Part shown: positions 20,228-28,743 of the stretch, piece by piece | Layout: every line of letters begins with the position of its first letter | How positions within the stretch are numbered: position 1 is the stretch's first letter | Source: Pirellulales bacterium | GTDB taxonomy: Bacteria > Planctomycetota > Planctomycetia > Pirellulales > JADZDJ01 | Reading direction: 5' to 3' | Assembly: GCA_035656635.1 (NCBI GenBank) | Contig: DASRSD010000158.1 | Span: 32,778 to 96,777 of the forward strand | Length of the DNA stretch: 64,000 nucleotides | Position numbers and translations under genes: made by a program | Notes under the pieces: generated by a model | What the model was told of the DNA's origin: nothing | The model's database searches: none | What the model saw: only the letters and a program-made list of their open reading frames with translations

Positions 20228-21220
20228 ATGACGCTGCCGCGAAGCCCATTTCACTCGACTTTTTTGCACACCACGCCGTTGACCCTGCTGTACTATCACG
20301 ACCGCTTCCTCGACCATGAAACAGGTACCCACCCGGAGCGCCCGGAGCGGCTGACGCAAGTCATGCGGCATTTGGAGCGGCAAGGCTTGGTAGCATGCTG
20401 CCATAGGGCGGAATGGGAGCCCGTTTCGCTCGCTCGGCTGTCCCGAGTACATCGGCCGGAATATGCGGCCCAGGTGGAGGCTTTCGCTCAGCAAGGCGGC
20501 GGTCGACTGGAAGTCGATACCGTCGTTTCGCCCGTTTCCTATGCTGTCGCCCTGCTGGCGGCTGGTGCGGTGGCAAATGCTGTCGATCGCCTGTTGCATG
20601 GCGAAGATAAAAACGCGCTATGCCTGGTGCGCCCACCGGGTCATCATGCCCTGGCAGCCGGGGCGATGGGTTTTTGCCTGTTTAACAACGTAGCGATTGG
20701 TGCACGCGTGGCCGTTGACGAGCATCAATTGAACCGCGTATTGGTTATCGACTGGGATGTGCATCATGGCAATGGCACACAAGCTGCATTTTGGACCGAT
20801 CCCCAAATTGGATTTTTTTCAATTCATCGTTGGCCGTTTTACCCTGGCAGCGGCAACCGCGACGAAACTGGCGCCGGCTCCGGCTTGGGCGCAACCGTGA
20901 ACGTGCCGGTCATCTTCGGCACTTCACGCCCAGATTATCTGGACCAATTTCGTTTGGCGTTGGAATCATTTGCCGACCGTCTGCGACCAGAGTTGATATT
21001 GATTAGCGCCGGATTCGACAGCCACCGCGACGATCCGGTCGGTTCGCTGGGCTTGGAAATCGAGGACTTTCAAACTCTAACCCAAATTGTGCGGGCCGTG
21101 GCCGACACGCACTGCGGCGGCAAAATGGTAAGTGTTCTGGAAGGGGGTTACAACCCGGGAATCTTGGCCGGCTGCATGGAGGTTCATTTACGCGAATTAG
21201 TTGGCTTGAAAAAATTGTAA
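20228..21220 (+). CDS. histone deacetylase-family amidohydrolase (AcuC/HDAC-like)
   Basis: LVRPPGHHA, DWDVHHGNGTQ, SAGFDSHRDDP and LEGGY motifs. Start trimmed to the ATG at 20228. Confidence 0.85.
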   Translation: MTLPRSPFHSTFLHTTPLTLLYYHDRFLDHETGTHPERPERLTQVMRHLERQGLVACCHRAEWEPVSLARLSRVHRPEYAAQVEAFAQQGGGRLEVDTVVSPVSYAVALLAAGAVANAVDRLLHGEDKNALCLVRPPGHHALAAGAMGFCLFNNVAIGARVAVDEHQLNRVLVIDWDVHHGNGTQAAFWTDPQIGFFSIHRWPFYPGSGNRDETGAGSGLGATVNVPVIFGTSRPDYLDQFRLALESFADRLRPELILISAGFDSHRDDPVGSLGLEIEDFQTLTQIVRAVADTHCGGKMVSVLEGGYNPGILAGCMEVHLRELVGLKKL

Positions 21221-21442
21221 TCGCACAAGCCCCGATTTCGCGCTCGTCAATTTTAACTTTTCAATTTTTTCCGAAACCCGCCACACGCTCTGGGGTTTGG
21301 TAGGGATGAATCTTTCCGGGCTCGAATGGCTCCGTGCTTGCTAGCACGATATAGCCTTCGGATTCTTGCCTTGCTCGCCATCGAACGTGATTGCGTTGCA
21401 ATTTCGTAATTTTTTCGGATCAAGTCTAAGTGTGGAGATACT

Positions 21443-22018
21443 ATGCGCTCGAATTGGAAAAGGGTGCCTCAATCGCAAGCTGCTCAGGGGAGTTGTGTTG
21501 AAAAATCTTCGCGCTGCGGCTTCACTCTGGTGGAGTTGCTGGTGGTATTGGGCATCATCGGAATTCTGCTGTCGCTGTTGTTGCCCGCGGTGCTGCGATC
21601 GCGGTTGAATGCGCAAAAAACGCAATGCCAGTCACAACTGCGGCAAGTCGGGTTGGCGCTGGAAAACTACATGAATGCGCAAGGCACGCACGGCAAATAC
21701 CCGAATGCGGCCATTCTTCCTACGGCCACGCCGAATTTACCTAGCTTGCTCACAGTGCTCGGCAAACACATTGAAGAAAATCAACAGGCGTTCGATTGCC
21801 CGGCAGATCAAACATATTTTCCCGTCCAAGGGCTAAGTTACGAATACGCCAACACCACCCTGGCCGGAAAAACGCGTGTGCAAGTGCTGCAAACCGCCAG
21901 CGGCGTGCCCCTGAAAGAAGCTACGGTGCAGGCAGCCTATGATTTCGACGATTTTCATGGTCCGGCGGGAGGGCCAACTTCGCGAAACATTTTATTTTTG
22001 GATTGCCACGTGGAGTGA
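21443..22018 (+). CDS. prepilin-type N-terminal cleavage/methylation domain protein (DUF1559-like pseudopilin)
   Basis: G|[24 protein letters not shown] class III signal, and a C-terminal [10 protein letters not shown] resembling the H-X9-DG-type end. Confidence 0.75.
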   Translation: MRSNWKRVPQSQAAQGSCVEKSSRCGFTLVELLVVLGIIGILLSLLLPAVLRSRLNAQKTQCQSQLRQVGLALENYMNAQGTHGKYPNAAILPTATPNLPSLLTVLGKHIEENQQAFDCPADQTYFPVQGLSYEYANTTLAGKTRVQVLQTASGVPLKEATVQAAYDFDDFHGPAGGPTSRNILFLDCHVE

Positions 22019-22148
22019 GCAAATAACATATCGGGTGCGCAGTGCGGCATGTCTCGTGAAACGCGTAAAAACACAGGGTGCTGTTTGATGAGCTACGTGC
22101 CGCATAGACGCCACAATAAAAAAAGACCGGGCGCAACCTAGGAGCACG

Positions 22149-22745
22149 ATGATGCGGAAGCGAAAAATTGTTATCGGCCTGGTCATCAGTTGCCTCACCA
22201 TGCTGGGCACCGCGTGGCTGTTCGGTTGGTTCAGCGGCAATCCGGCGCTGGGCGAAGTACAGCAACTACAAGCACAACTGGCGGACCCAAATTTGAAAGA
22301 TGACGCGCGCCGAGCGTTACTGGATCAAATGCGCGCCAAGCTGAACTCCCTGTCTCCTGATGCCCGGCGCGCAATGTGGGACAACAACCGGGAAATATTC
22401 GAGAATCGCATGCTGTCACACATGAAAGATATTCTGGCCATGTCCACGGCGGAGCAAGCCAAGGCGCTGGATGCCGACATCGATCGCATGGAAAAAGCGC
22501 GCGCCCAAATGCAAGCCAATGCGCAAAGCAATGCGGCTACAACGAACGCCCAAAATTCAGCGCGTCGGCAAGGAAACCGCGGTCAAGCGCTCTCCGATGA
22601 TCAGCGAATCAGCCGGCTCCGAAATCGCTTGGATCGCTCCACGCCAGAAATGCGCGCGGTGCGAAATGCATATACCCAACTCGTCAATCAGCGCCGCCAA
22701 CAGCGCGGCCTGCCCCCGCTGACCGCCGGCCGACCTGTCCGCTGA
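22149..22745 (+). CDS. hypothetical membrane-anchored, Gln/Arg-rich helical protein
   Basis: 198 aa with one N-terminal TM helix (IVIGLVISCLTMLGTAWLFGWF), then charged helical sequence. No family recognised. Confidence 0.5.
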   Translation: MMRKRKIVIGLVISCLTMLGTAWLFGWFSGNPALGEVQQLQAQLADPNLKDDARRALLDQMRAKLNSLSPDARRAMWDNNREIFENRMLSHMKDILAMSTAEQAKALDADIDRMEKARAQMQANAQSNAATTNAQNSARRQGNRGQALSDDQRISRLRNRLDRSTPEMRAVRNAYTQLVNQRRQQRGLPPLTAGRPVR

Positions 22746-22771
22746 GCGGCTTCCACGGAATGCGGTCGCCG

Positions 22772-24697
22772 CTACTTTGATTCTAGCGCCACGACGCCGT
22801 CCCAATTAGGCGGGGGGGTCATGTTCCGTTGATTGACATAAGCGGCCAGAAAATCTTTCACGCGATCCTGTGCCGGCACGCGCTGCAATAGATCGACCGT
22901 TTGGCCCCACTGTCCGGCAATAAACGCATCCAACGCCGCCTCGTAGTCGCGCAAATTCTGATCGCTGGTGTCGGAAAATTCATGCTGCGGTGGCAATAGC
23001 TCGCTAATTTCCAGCGCCGATGCTAGGCCGTACGGGCGGACTTTGGCTACACGCCGCACACGACCCACGGTCGACGGTAACTGGCGACGAAGTGCGCTGG
23101 CGGTGGGAGGATCGAGCAGAATAGACGCATGCACAAATTTGGTCATCGATTCGAGCCGAGCGGCTAAATTTACCACCGGCCCAAACACGGTCACCTTCAC
23201 ATGATCGGTGGTGCCGATTTTACCCGCCACCGCGCGGCCCGTGGCCACGCCAATGCCAACGCGAAAATCGGCTAGCGGATGGTCGGGCTGACGGCTGGCC
23301 AATTCGAATTGCGCGCGAATGCCCAGCGCCGCCAGCGCGGCACGTTGCGGAGTATCAGCCTGTGCTAAAGGCCAACCCCAAAAGCCCATGGCCGCATCGC
23401 CTTGAAAATCGCCAATGACGCCGCCGTGATCAAGAATTTGATGCGTCATGACGCCGAGTGCTTTGCTGACTCGTTCCAACAGGCCGAGCAAATCGCTGGC
23501 GCTGCGCTCGCTGGTACGAGAAAAACCGCGCAAATCGCAAAATAACACCGAGACTTCCGTTTCCCGCGGAGCAAGCACCGTTTCCGGATCATCCGTCGAC
23601 AAAGCTTCCATCACAACCGGCGCAAAGAATTGGCTCAGCCCTGCCTGCCGGCGCCCCAGGCGGTTCAATTCGCGCAAGCTACTGAGGGTGGCTGCGGCCA
23701 ATTCCGTGAATTTAATGTCGTCGCGGAGATCGGCCACGTTAGACCGGCCCGCTTCGTCGGGCGAGTGGTGATTAAAACGACCTGCCAAATACAACGCCCA
23801 ACCGCGGCACGCATCGCCAGGCAACGGGGTGCAATAAGCCCAATCGATGCTTTCTGTAGCGGTGTAATCCCGCGAGGGAGTTTCAGTCCACATGTGCAAC
23901 ACGGTTTCGCTCTGGACAAGCGCTCTTTGAATCAGCCGTTGGCTTGGCTGAAAATTTGCGCCGGCCAGACGGCGACTGTCCCAATGCAGAAGGCGAATGG
24001 GGCTGGTTGGACGAGTTGTTTTCAATGAATTTGTGTTCGCTGCAACGGCGGGATCACTAGGTGGTTGAGCTTCCTCGGTGCCGCCAGGCATCTCGTAAGC
24101 AATCAAGGCGGCTGCATCGGCACGCGGAACGCCGGCCAGCAACAAATTCACCAGCCGCACAAACAATTCGCTATCGGAAGCGGCGTTCTTAATTACTTCC
24201 GGCAGACGCCCAAGCAATTCGATCCGTTCCTGTGCGTTATGGAACGACACCCGCCGCAACTCCGCGGCACTGAAGACTTGCTCGTGATCGGGCTGCGGCA
24301 CGTCGAGCGTGATTTGCGGATTGTCGGCCGACAGTGTGAAGCTGGTGTTGCCAATCACAAAGTGCTCGCCGGGAATCATCTGAAACTGCGTGGCTATATT
24401 GCCGTTCAGGAATACAGGATTGCGGGCCGTGGGCAACTGTTCTACATGCAGCGCTGCGCCATCCCAACAAATGCGAATATGCATTCGCGAAATGCGGTCG
24501 TCCCACGGTATTGACCAAATTCCCGCCTCTCGGCCAATGGTCACCGGCAGATTTTTGGGAATCCGCCGCCGCCAACGCTGCGAAAATTCCTGGCCTTGGG
24601 CAATAAGTTCGGGCATTGATAGATAAAAGTGAAGCTCGGATAAGGAAAGGTTGCTCCCTCGGGATTGTCTTTCCATTTTAACGATTGCGGCGGTCAT
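22772..24697 (-). CDS. FHA-domain adenylate/guanylate cyclase (class III)
   Basis: N-terminal FHA-like VTIGREAG...ISRMHIRICWDG...NPVFLNG. The C-terminal cyclase domain has VSVLFCDLRGFSR, GDFQGDAAMGFWG and KVTVFGPVVNLAARLE. The start is uncertain, with alternative Mets at 24676 and 24616. Confidence 0.8.
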   Translation of the reverse strand: MTAAIVKMERQSRGSNLSLSELHFYLSMPELIAQGQEFSQRWRRRIPKNLPVTIGREAGIWSIPWDDRISRMHIRICWDGAALHVEQLPTARNPVFLNGNIATQFQMIPGEHFVIGNTSFTLSADNPQITLDVPQPDHEQVFSAAELRRVSFHNAQERIELLGRLPEVIKNAASDSELFVRLVNLLLAGVPRADAAALIAYEMPGGTEEAQPPSDPAVAANTNSLKTTRPTSPIRLLHWDSRRLAGANFQPSQRLIQRALVQSETVLHMWTETPSRDYTATESIDWAYCTPLPGDACRGWALYLAGRFNHHSPDEAGRSNVADLRDDIKFTELAAATLSSLRELNRLGRRQAGLSQFFAPVVMEALSTDDPETVLAPRETEVSVLFCDLRGFSRTSERSASDLLGLLERVSKALGVMTHQILDHGGVIGDFQGDAAMGFWGWPLAQADTPQRAALAALGIRAQFELASRQPDHPLADFRVGIGVATGRAVAGKIGTTDHVKVTVFGPVVNLAARLESMTKFVHASILLDPPTASALRRQLPSTVGRVRRVAKVRPYGLASALEISELLPPQHEFSDTSDQNLRDYEAALDAFIAGQWGQTVDLLQRVPAQDRVKDFLAAYVNQRNMTPPPNWDGVVALESK

Positions 24698-24740
24698 TTT
24701 GCATTCTAATTTTTATTTCAACAACATTCTGCCACCGAAT

Positions 24741-24780
24741 AAAAACAGCCGCTGCTGGAATGTGGCCTCCAGCAGCGGCA
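24741..24780 (-). terminator. intrinsic terminator after the CC-doublet peptide gene
   Basis: Perfect 12-bp stem gccgctgctgga/tccagcagcggc with an 8-nt loop, followed on the minus strand by TGTTTTTATT. It lies 60 nt past the stop at 24840. Confidence 0.55.
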
Positions 24781-24839
24781 GAAACCAATTGGCAAACCGC
24801 GGATGCATAAACTCAATTCCGGGAAAGCCAGCGATGGCA

Positions 24840-25247
24840 TTACTTGCTTTTCTTGCTTACGCCTACCGCCAAGTTCATGTGTTGGGGAAAGCAATTCGCC
24901 GGGCGAACATTACCGCATGGGTAGCAGCAACTCGAAAGATGGCTGCAACTAGGGTAGTAGCTGACGCACGGAGAAATTGGCTCCGCAATCAACGCTGGCT
25001 GGCAAACAAACTGTTCGGCCACGACGGGTTGGCAAACCGGGTAGCAAGATTCGCAGCAAGTCGGATAGCAGTAATTGCAGCAATAGTCATAGCAGCAGTT
25101 ACTGTGGCAACAATGATTGGAGCAGCAATCGTGGGGACAATTACTACACCTTGCCCCGTTGCCGCCCGTTTTGGCCATTGCATTTTGTACGGCAACGAAA
25201 CTCACTACCAGCAAAACGGACGCAACAATTTTCACGGAACGTATCAT
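24840..25247 (-). CDS. secreted cysteine-rich protein (CC-doublet repeats)
   Basis: 135 aa from the ATG at 25247, with GGAGGA upstream. The signal peptide is MIRSVKIVASVLLVVSFVAVQNAMA. The mature part has 22 Cys, including CSNCPHDCCSNHCCHSNCCYDYCCNYCYPTCCESCYPVC. Confidence 0.6.
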   Translation of the reverse strand: MIRSVKIVASVLLVVSFVAVQNAMAKTGGNGARCSNCPHDCCSNHCCHSNCCYDYCCNYCYPTCCESCYPVCQPVVAEQFVCQPALIAEPISPCVSYYPSCSHLSSCCYPCGNVRPANCFPQHMNLAVGVSKKSK

Positions 25248-25485
25248 GGCACAGTCCTCCATACTCGAACTTCTTTTTTATTTCGGCCCGGGCACGGTGC
25301 CCGGGCCGCTAAGAAATTCAGCGTGGAACGGGCCGGGATGTTACCATGGGCGAGAAAGCCTGCACCACAGCACTTACTCAGTTTCTAACCTGAACGGCAT
25401 GGAAAATTTGGATAGCGGCCAATTGAATTGCATGAAACAAAAGCGTGGGGGCGGTGCTGCTCCAATTGGTTGCGGAAGGCGCACA

Positions 25486-25519
25486 AAAAAAGCCAGGTTC
25501 CGACAAGCGGAACCTGGCT
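25486..25519 (-). terminator. intrinsic (bidirectional-looking) terminator after the CCCGG/His peptide gene
   Basis: Perfect 11-bp stem gccaggttccg/cggaacctggc with a 5-nt loop. A7 lies on the plus-strand 5' side, which is a U7 tail on the minus strand, and TAATTTTT lies on the other side. It is about 60 nt past the stop at 25578. Confidence 0.7.
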
Positions 25520-25577
25520 AATTTTTGGCTCTTTCGCATGGCCAGTACACAAGTTGTGTACTACCCCTGCGGAGAGA

Positions 25578-25916
25578 CTAGCGACGATAGCTCACGTGAG
25601 CAAACGCATACGGAGCCCGATCGCTGTTGATCGAGGTCATCGGAGCCGGGGGAGCAGGAGCGGCAGACTTGTCGTCCTTCTTCTCGCCACCGCAGCTCGG
25701 GGCTTCGCCGCCGCAGCAGCTATTTCCGCCACAGCAGCAGTTTCCGCCACAGCAGCAGTGGTGACGGTGATGATGGTGGTGACCACCGCAGCAGCAGGAA
25801 TTTCCGCCACAGCAGCAGCAACCGTGACCAGCGACGGCCACTTTCTCACCGCCCACTAGGGCGATGCCGACGATCGCGATAAATATCGCGATGCCTAAAA
25901 TCAAAATACGGTTCAT
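25578..25916 (-). CDS. membrane-anchored or secreted Cys/His/Gly-rich peptide (CCCGG repeats plus HHHHHRHH)
   Basis: 112 aa from the ATG at 25916, with GGAGGA 7 nt upstream. The hydrophobic N-terminus is MNRILILGIAIFIAIVGIALVGG. It is followed by HGCCCCGGNSCCCGGHHHHHRHHCCCGGNCCCGGNSCCGGEAPSCGG. Confidence 0.6.
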   Translation of the reverse strand: MNRILILGIAIFIAIVGIALVGGEKVAVAGHGCCCCGGNSCCCGGHHHHHRHHCCCGGNCCCGGNSCCGGEAPSCGGEKKDDKSAAPAPPAPMTSINSDRAPYAFAHVSYRR

Positions 25917-26130
25917 CCTCGAATCCTCCAACAAAAACAGGTACCTTGGCGTAACAAACACAATACCGTCCAAACTCGTCACCCCCGCTTGGGACGGCCG
26001 CCAAGCGAAGGAACCAAAAATCCGTTTACGTCCTATTGCTGATCGCGTCTGCTGGCCTAATCCTTCCGGCTGCCAAGTAATAAGCTTTTCGGATTACGCA
26101 AAGAAACGCGAATAGCTAGGTTAGGACGTT

Positions 26131-26158
26131 AAGTTAGCATGGAACGACTTCTTGTCAA
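26131..26158 (-). promoter_or_regulatory. possible sigma-70-type promoter for the CCCGG/His peptide gene
   Basis: The minus strand reads TTGACA-N16-TAACTT in an AT-rich intergenic region, about 215 nt upstream of the ATG at 25916. This is a motif match only. Confidence 0.25.
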
Positions 26159-26259
26159 GCATCCATACAACAGATTACAAAGCTCTGGAGGTATGGGTCG
26201 ACTGCGAAAAATGTTCCTTCAACTGTACATCACCTTTATGCCGCGCCTAGTGAGTAGCG

Positions 26260-26297
26260 AAAAAAAAACAGGATCCCGCAAATTGCGAGATCCTGTC
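26260..26297 (-). terminator. intrinsic terminator downstream of the lipoprotein gene
   Basis: Near-perfect palindrome acaggatcccgcaaattgcgagatcctgt, followed on the minus strand by a run of 9 T. Confidence 0.6.
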
Positions 26298-26427
26298 AAT
26301 TTTACAATCAAACTTTAACGTCTTTATTAGCAATGCATTACAGCGAGTTAAACAGGCTGTAATATCAAACTAAATAGAATTGCGCAGACTCCGTAGTTTG
26401 CGCGAAATATTCCGATGATTTCGGTTA

Positions 26428-27039
26428 TTATCTTGCCACCGGTGCCGCCATAGCCGGCCGTTCGGCTTGTGGTTGACCAGTCTGCTGGTTTTCTGAACCG
26501 CCACTGGTGCTATCATGCAGCAATTGCTGCTTGCGGAGCATGTCTTCCGGGTCTTCAAAGTTAAGAACCAAAGGGGGCTGATCGGGAAATACTTTGGTCA
26601 CCATTCCGGCAATTCGCCACCCCTCATCCTCACGCCGCAGCACCCAGATGATATTGTCAGTGCGCGTGTGTCCTTCCGCATCAACCTGGTCTGTCCAGTT
26701 GCACCAGACGTGGGCGCCATCCTTATTGGGCGTGACGTACTCGACCTGGCCCACTTTGAATTGAGCTGTCGGACTGCCCGGGGGCGCCACGACCATTTGC
26801 ATTTCCGTGGTTTTTTGCCGTGCCAAGGGGGTCAGCATGGTGGAAGCCTGCTGATCGTTGCCCGTTCGCACCGCTTCGAGGAAATCAAAAACGGCCCGGT
26901 CTGGCGTATCGGCGGCGAAGCCATTCGCGGAACTGCCTGAGGAAACTCTGTTGTTGGCCACGTTAGCTTCCGGTTGGCTTGTTTGGCCGCAACCGACGAT
27001 AAACAGCAACAAAGTGACCGGCCAAAATTTGCGGTCCAT
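26428..27039 (-). CDS. hypothetical lipoprotein
   Basis: Trimmed to MDRKFWPVTLLLFIVGCGQ (lipobox IVGC), with GGGAAGGGAG upstream. No family recognised. Confidence 0.6.
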   Translation of the reverse strand: MDRKFWPVTLLLFIVGCGQTSQPEANVANNRVSSGSSANGFAADTPDRAVFDFLEAVRTGNDQQASTMLTPLARQKTTEMQMVVAPPGSPTAQFKVGQVEYVTPNKDGAHVWCNWTDQVDAEGHTRTDNIIWVLRREDEGWRIAGMVTKVFPDQPPLVLNFEDPEDMLRKQQLLHDSTSGGSENQQTGQPQAERPAMAAPVAR

Positions 27040-27207
27040 AGTGGCTGCTCCCTTCCCTGGATAATTTAAATTCAAAATTTTCTGATGGTGGATGACCGCG
27101 GCCGTTTTCCTAACTAACGGAATTGCGCGCAATCGGGATTAGCGCGGGGCGAAAGTTTCGCAAGAAGCGCCGCACAGGTCAAGAGAAAAACGACTTTGGG
27201 CCCTGTC

Positions 27208-28110
27208 TTAATTGGCCGCCACGGGGAGCCCAGACCTGCTAGCAATGCCTTCAGAATCGGCAACCGCAAACACGCTGTGCCTGGAGAGTCCCGATTGTTT
27301 AGCGTCGGGGGGTTCTCGAACAAAAAATACATACAGCAGTAGCGCAAATAGCAGCACCACGAGACCCAACAGGACCAAGCTCAGCGTCGCCCGGATTTCT
27401 CGCTTTCCACGGTGACGTTGCCGCAACCACGTTGCCGGGGTAGCGGTGGAAGCCGTGCCGCGGACCGCCTCGGCCAAGGGATCATCCAGCGAAGAAGCAA
27501 CTGCTGAAACTGGTTGTGGTTGTCCGGCGGTTTGGTTGCTATGCCACTGTGGGAAAACCGAGGCGGCCGATTGCCAATGAGGCCAGCCTTCGCGCCACAG
27601 CATGTCATCGGGACTAACGCGTCCTTCGGAAATCCACATGCGTAGTGCGGTTTCATCAACCGGTCCATATTGCTGGCCGGCGGCAGTTTGCACATACCAA
27701 TCGGAACTGGAGCGGATGCTGGCTACCGGGGGGTGGCTCCCTGCCGGCAACAATAAATCCTCCGCAGCCCCTGACCCGGACAGGGCCGAAAGATCAACTC
27801 CCAAATCGTTCGGCTTTGGCGAGGCAGTAATCATCGACCCATTTGGCGACGACAGCGCCGGCGTTTGCCGAGACACCACGGCCGGCTCAGAGGGAATGGT
27901 CGTGATTTCTTCCTCTTCGGCATCATCTTCATCATCCGCGACGTCGGTCGCCGAGCTGGCAATCGCTGCCGCCTTGGTACGATCGCGCTTTACGCTCTCC
28001 AGGGGAATATCAATCCGCACGCCGCACTTTGGGCATAAGCCTTTCTTGCCCGCCAGAAAGGACTTTACATGCACCTTATGCCCATTGGGGCAATAAAACT
28101 TGATGCCCAT
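27208..28110 (-). CDS. zinc-ribbon / GYF_2 (DUF4339) domain protein with C-terminal TM helix
   Basis: N-terminal YCPNGHKVHV...CPKCGVRI zinc ribbon. The GYF_2-like segment is WYVQTAAGQQYGPVDETALRMWISEGRVSPDDMLWREGWPHWQSA. The C-terminal TM helix is LSLVLLGLVVLLFALLLYVFFV. Confidence 0.65.
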   Translation of the reverse strand: MGIKFYCPNGHKVHVKSFLAGKKGLCPKCGVRIDIPLESVKRDRTKAAAIASSATDVADDEDDAEEEEITTIPSEPAVVSRQTPALSSPNGSMITASPKPNDLGVDLSALSGSGAAEDLLLPAGSHPPVASIRSSSDWYVQTAAGQQYGPVDETALRMWISEGRVSPDDMLWREGWPHWQSAASVFPQWHSNQTAGQPQPVSAVASSLDDPLAEAVRGTASTATPATWLRQRHRGKREIRATLSLVLLGLVVLLFALLLYVFFVREPPDAKQSGLSRHSVFAVADSEGIASRSGLPVAAN

Positions 28111-28114
28111 CGAA

Positions 28115-28555
28115 TCAGCCTTGAATCGTCCGGTGTTTTTCCATTACCACACGGTGTCCACCGTCAATGTATTCCACCCGCGACATATAGTTCCGCATGA
28201 GCATGATGCCTCGGCCGCCGGGCCGCTGCAGATTTTCCGACTGAGTGCAATCGGGCACCAGCGTGGGATCAAACCCAGCGCCTTCATCTGTAATTTCCAG
28301 CAGTAGCCGGTGCGGACTGAGTTTACACGCCACGTGCACATGTTTACTGCTGTCGGATCCGTTGCCATGGCGGATGGCGTTCACCAGGGCCTCTTCCACG
28401 GCCAGATGAATACCGAAGATTTCGTGCTCGCTCCATTGCACTTGCTTTAGAACATGGAGCAACTCGCCCAAGAACGGTTGTCCCGCTCCGCGCAGGCTGG
28501 GAAACTTGAGTTCCCTCGTCCAAGTCCAATCTGAATGATTGTTCATGCGCTGCAC
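28115..28555 (-). CDS. anti-sigma regulatory factor-type Ser kinase (RsbW/SpoIIAB-like HATPase)
   Basis: 146 aa with LAVEEALVNAIRHGN (N-box), ITDEGAGFD and GGRGIMLMRNYM. It ends 4 nt before the zinc-ribbon/GYF gene. Confidence 0.75.
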   Translation of the reverse strand: MQRMNNHSDWTWTRELKFPSLRGAGQPFLGELLHVLKQVQWSEHEIFGIHLAVEEALVNAIRHGNGSDSSKHVHVACKLSPHRLLLEITDEGAGFDPTLVPDCTQSENLQRPGGRGIMLMRNYMSRVEYIDGGHRVVMEKHRTIQG

Positions 28556-28743
28556 GCTCTGTTCCGCGGTCTGCTGCCTATTCCCTACCTAAATTATAAT
28601 GATCTGCAATCCGCCAGCTATGCGGAATGGGGCCATTTTGCGCGGATTTTTGCCTGTCGTTTGCCACGCCATTTGCTCCAACCGCGCGGGTTCAGTATGC
28701 TCTAGGCACTGCTCTTGTCACGGCTTCTTGGCGTGCCGATTTC

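Noticed and set aside
25285-25307. GC-rich perfect hairpin ggcccgggcac-gg-tgcccgggcc as a terminator
   Set aside because: There is no U-tract on either strand after the stem. It lies in the leader of the CC-doublet gene, about 40 nt before the ATG. It may be regulatory, but I cannot support a terminator call.
25640-25830. Short tandem DNA repeats (tttccgccacagcagcag) that might suggest a CRISPR or VNTR array
   Set aside because: The units are contiguous, about 18 nt long, without spacers, and in frame with the CCCGG peptide repeats. They are coding repeats, not a CRISPR array. No CRISPR array was seen anywhere in the window.
25428-25859. 143-aa plus-strand ORF antisense to the CCCGG/His peptide gene (Ala/Thr/Val-rich)
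   Set aside because: It is a mirror image of GCA/GCC-rich Cys/Gly codon repeats. It lacks an RBS, whereas the minus-strand frame has an SD, a hydrophobic leader and a matching terminator.
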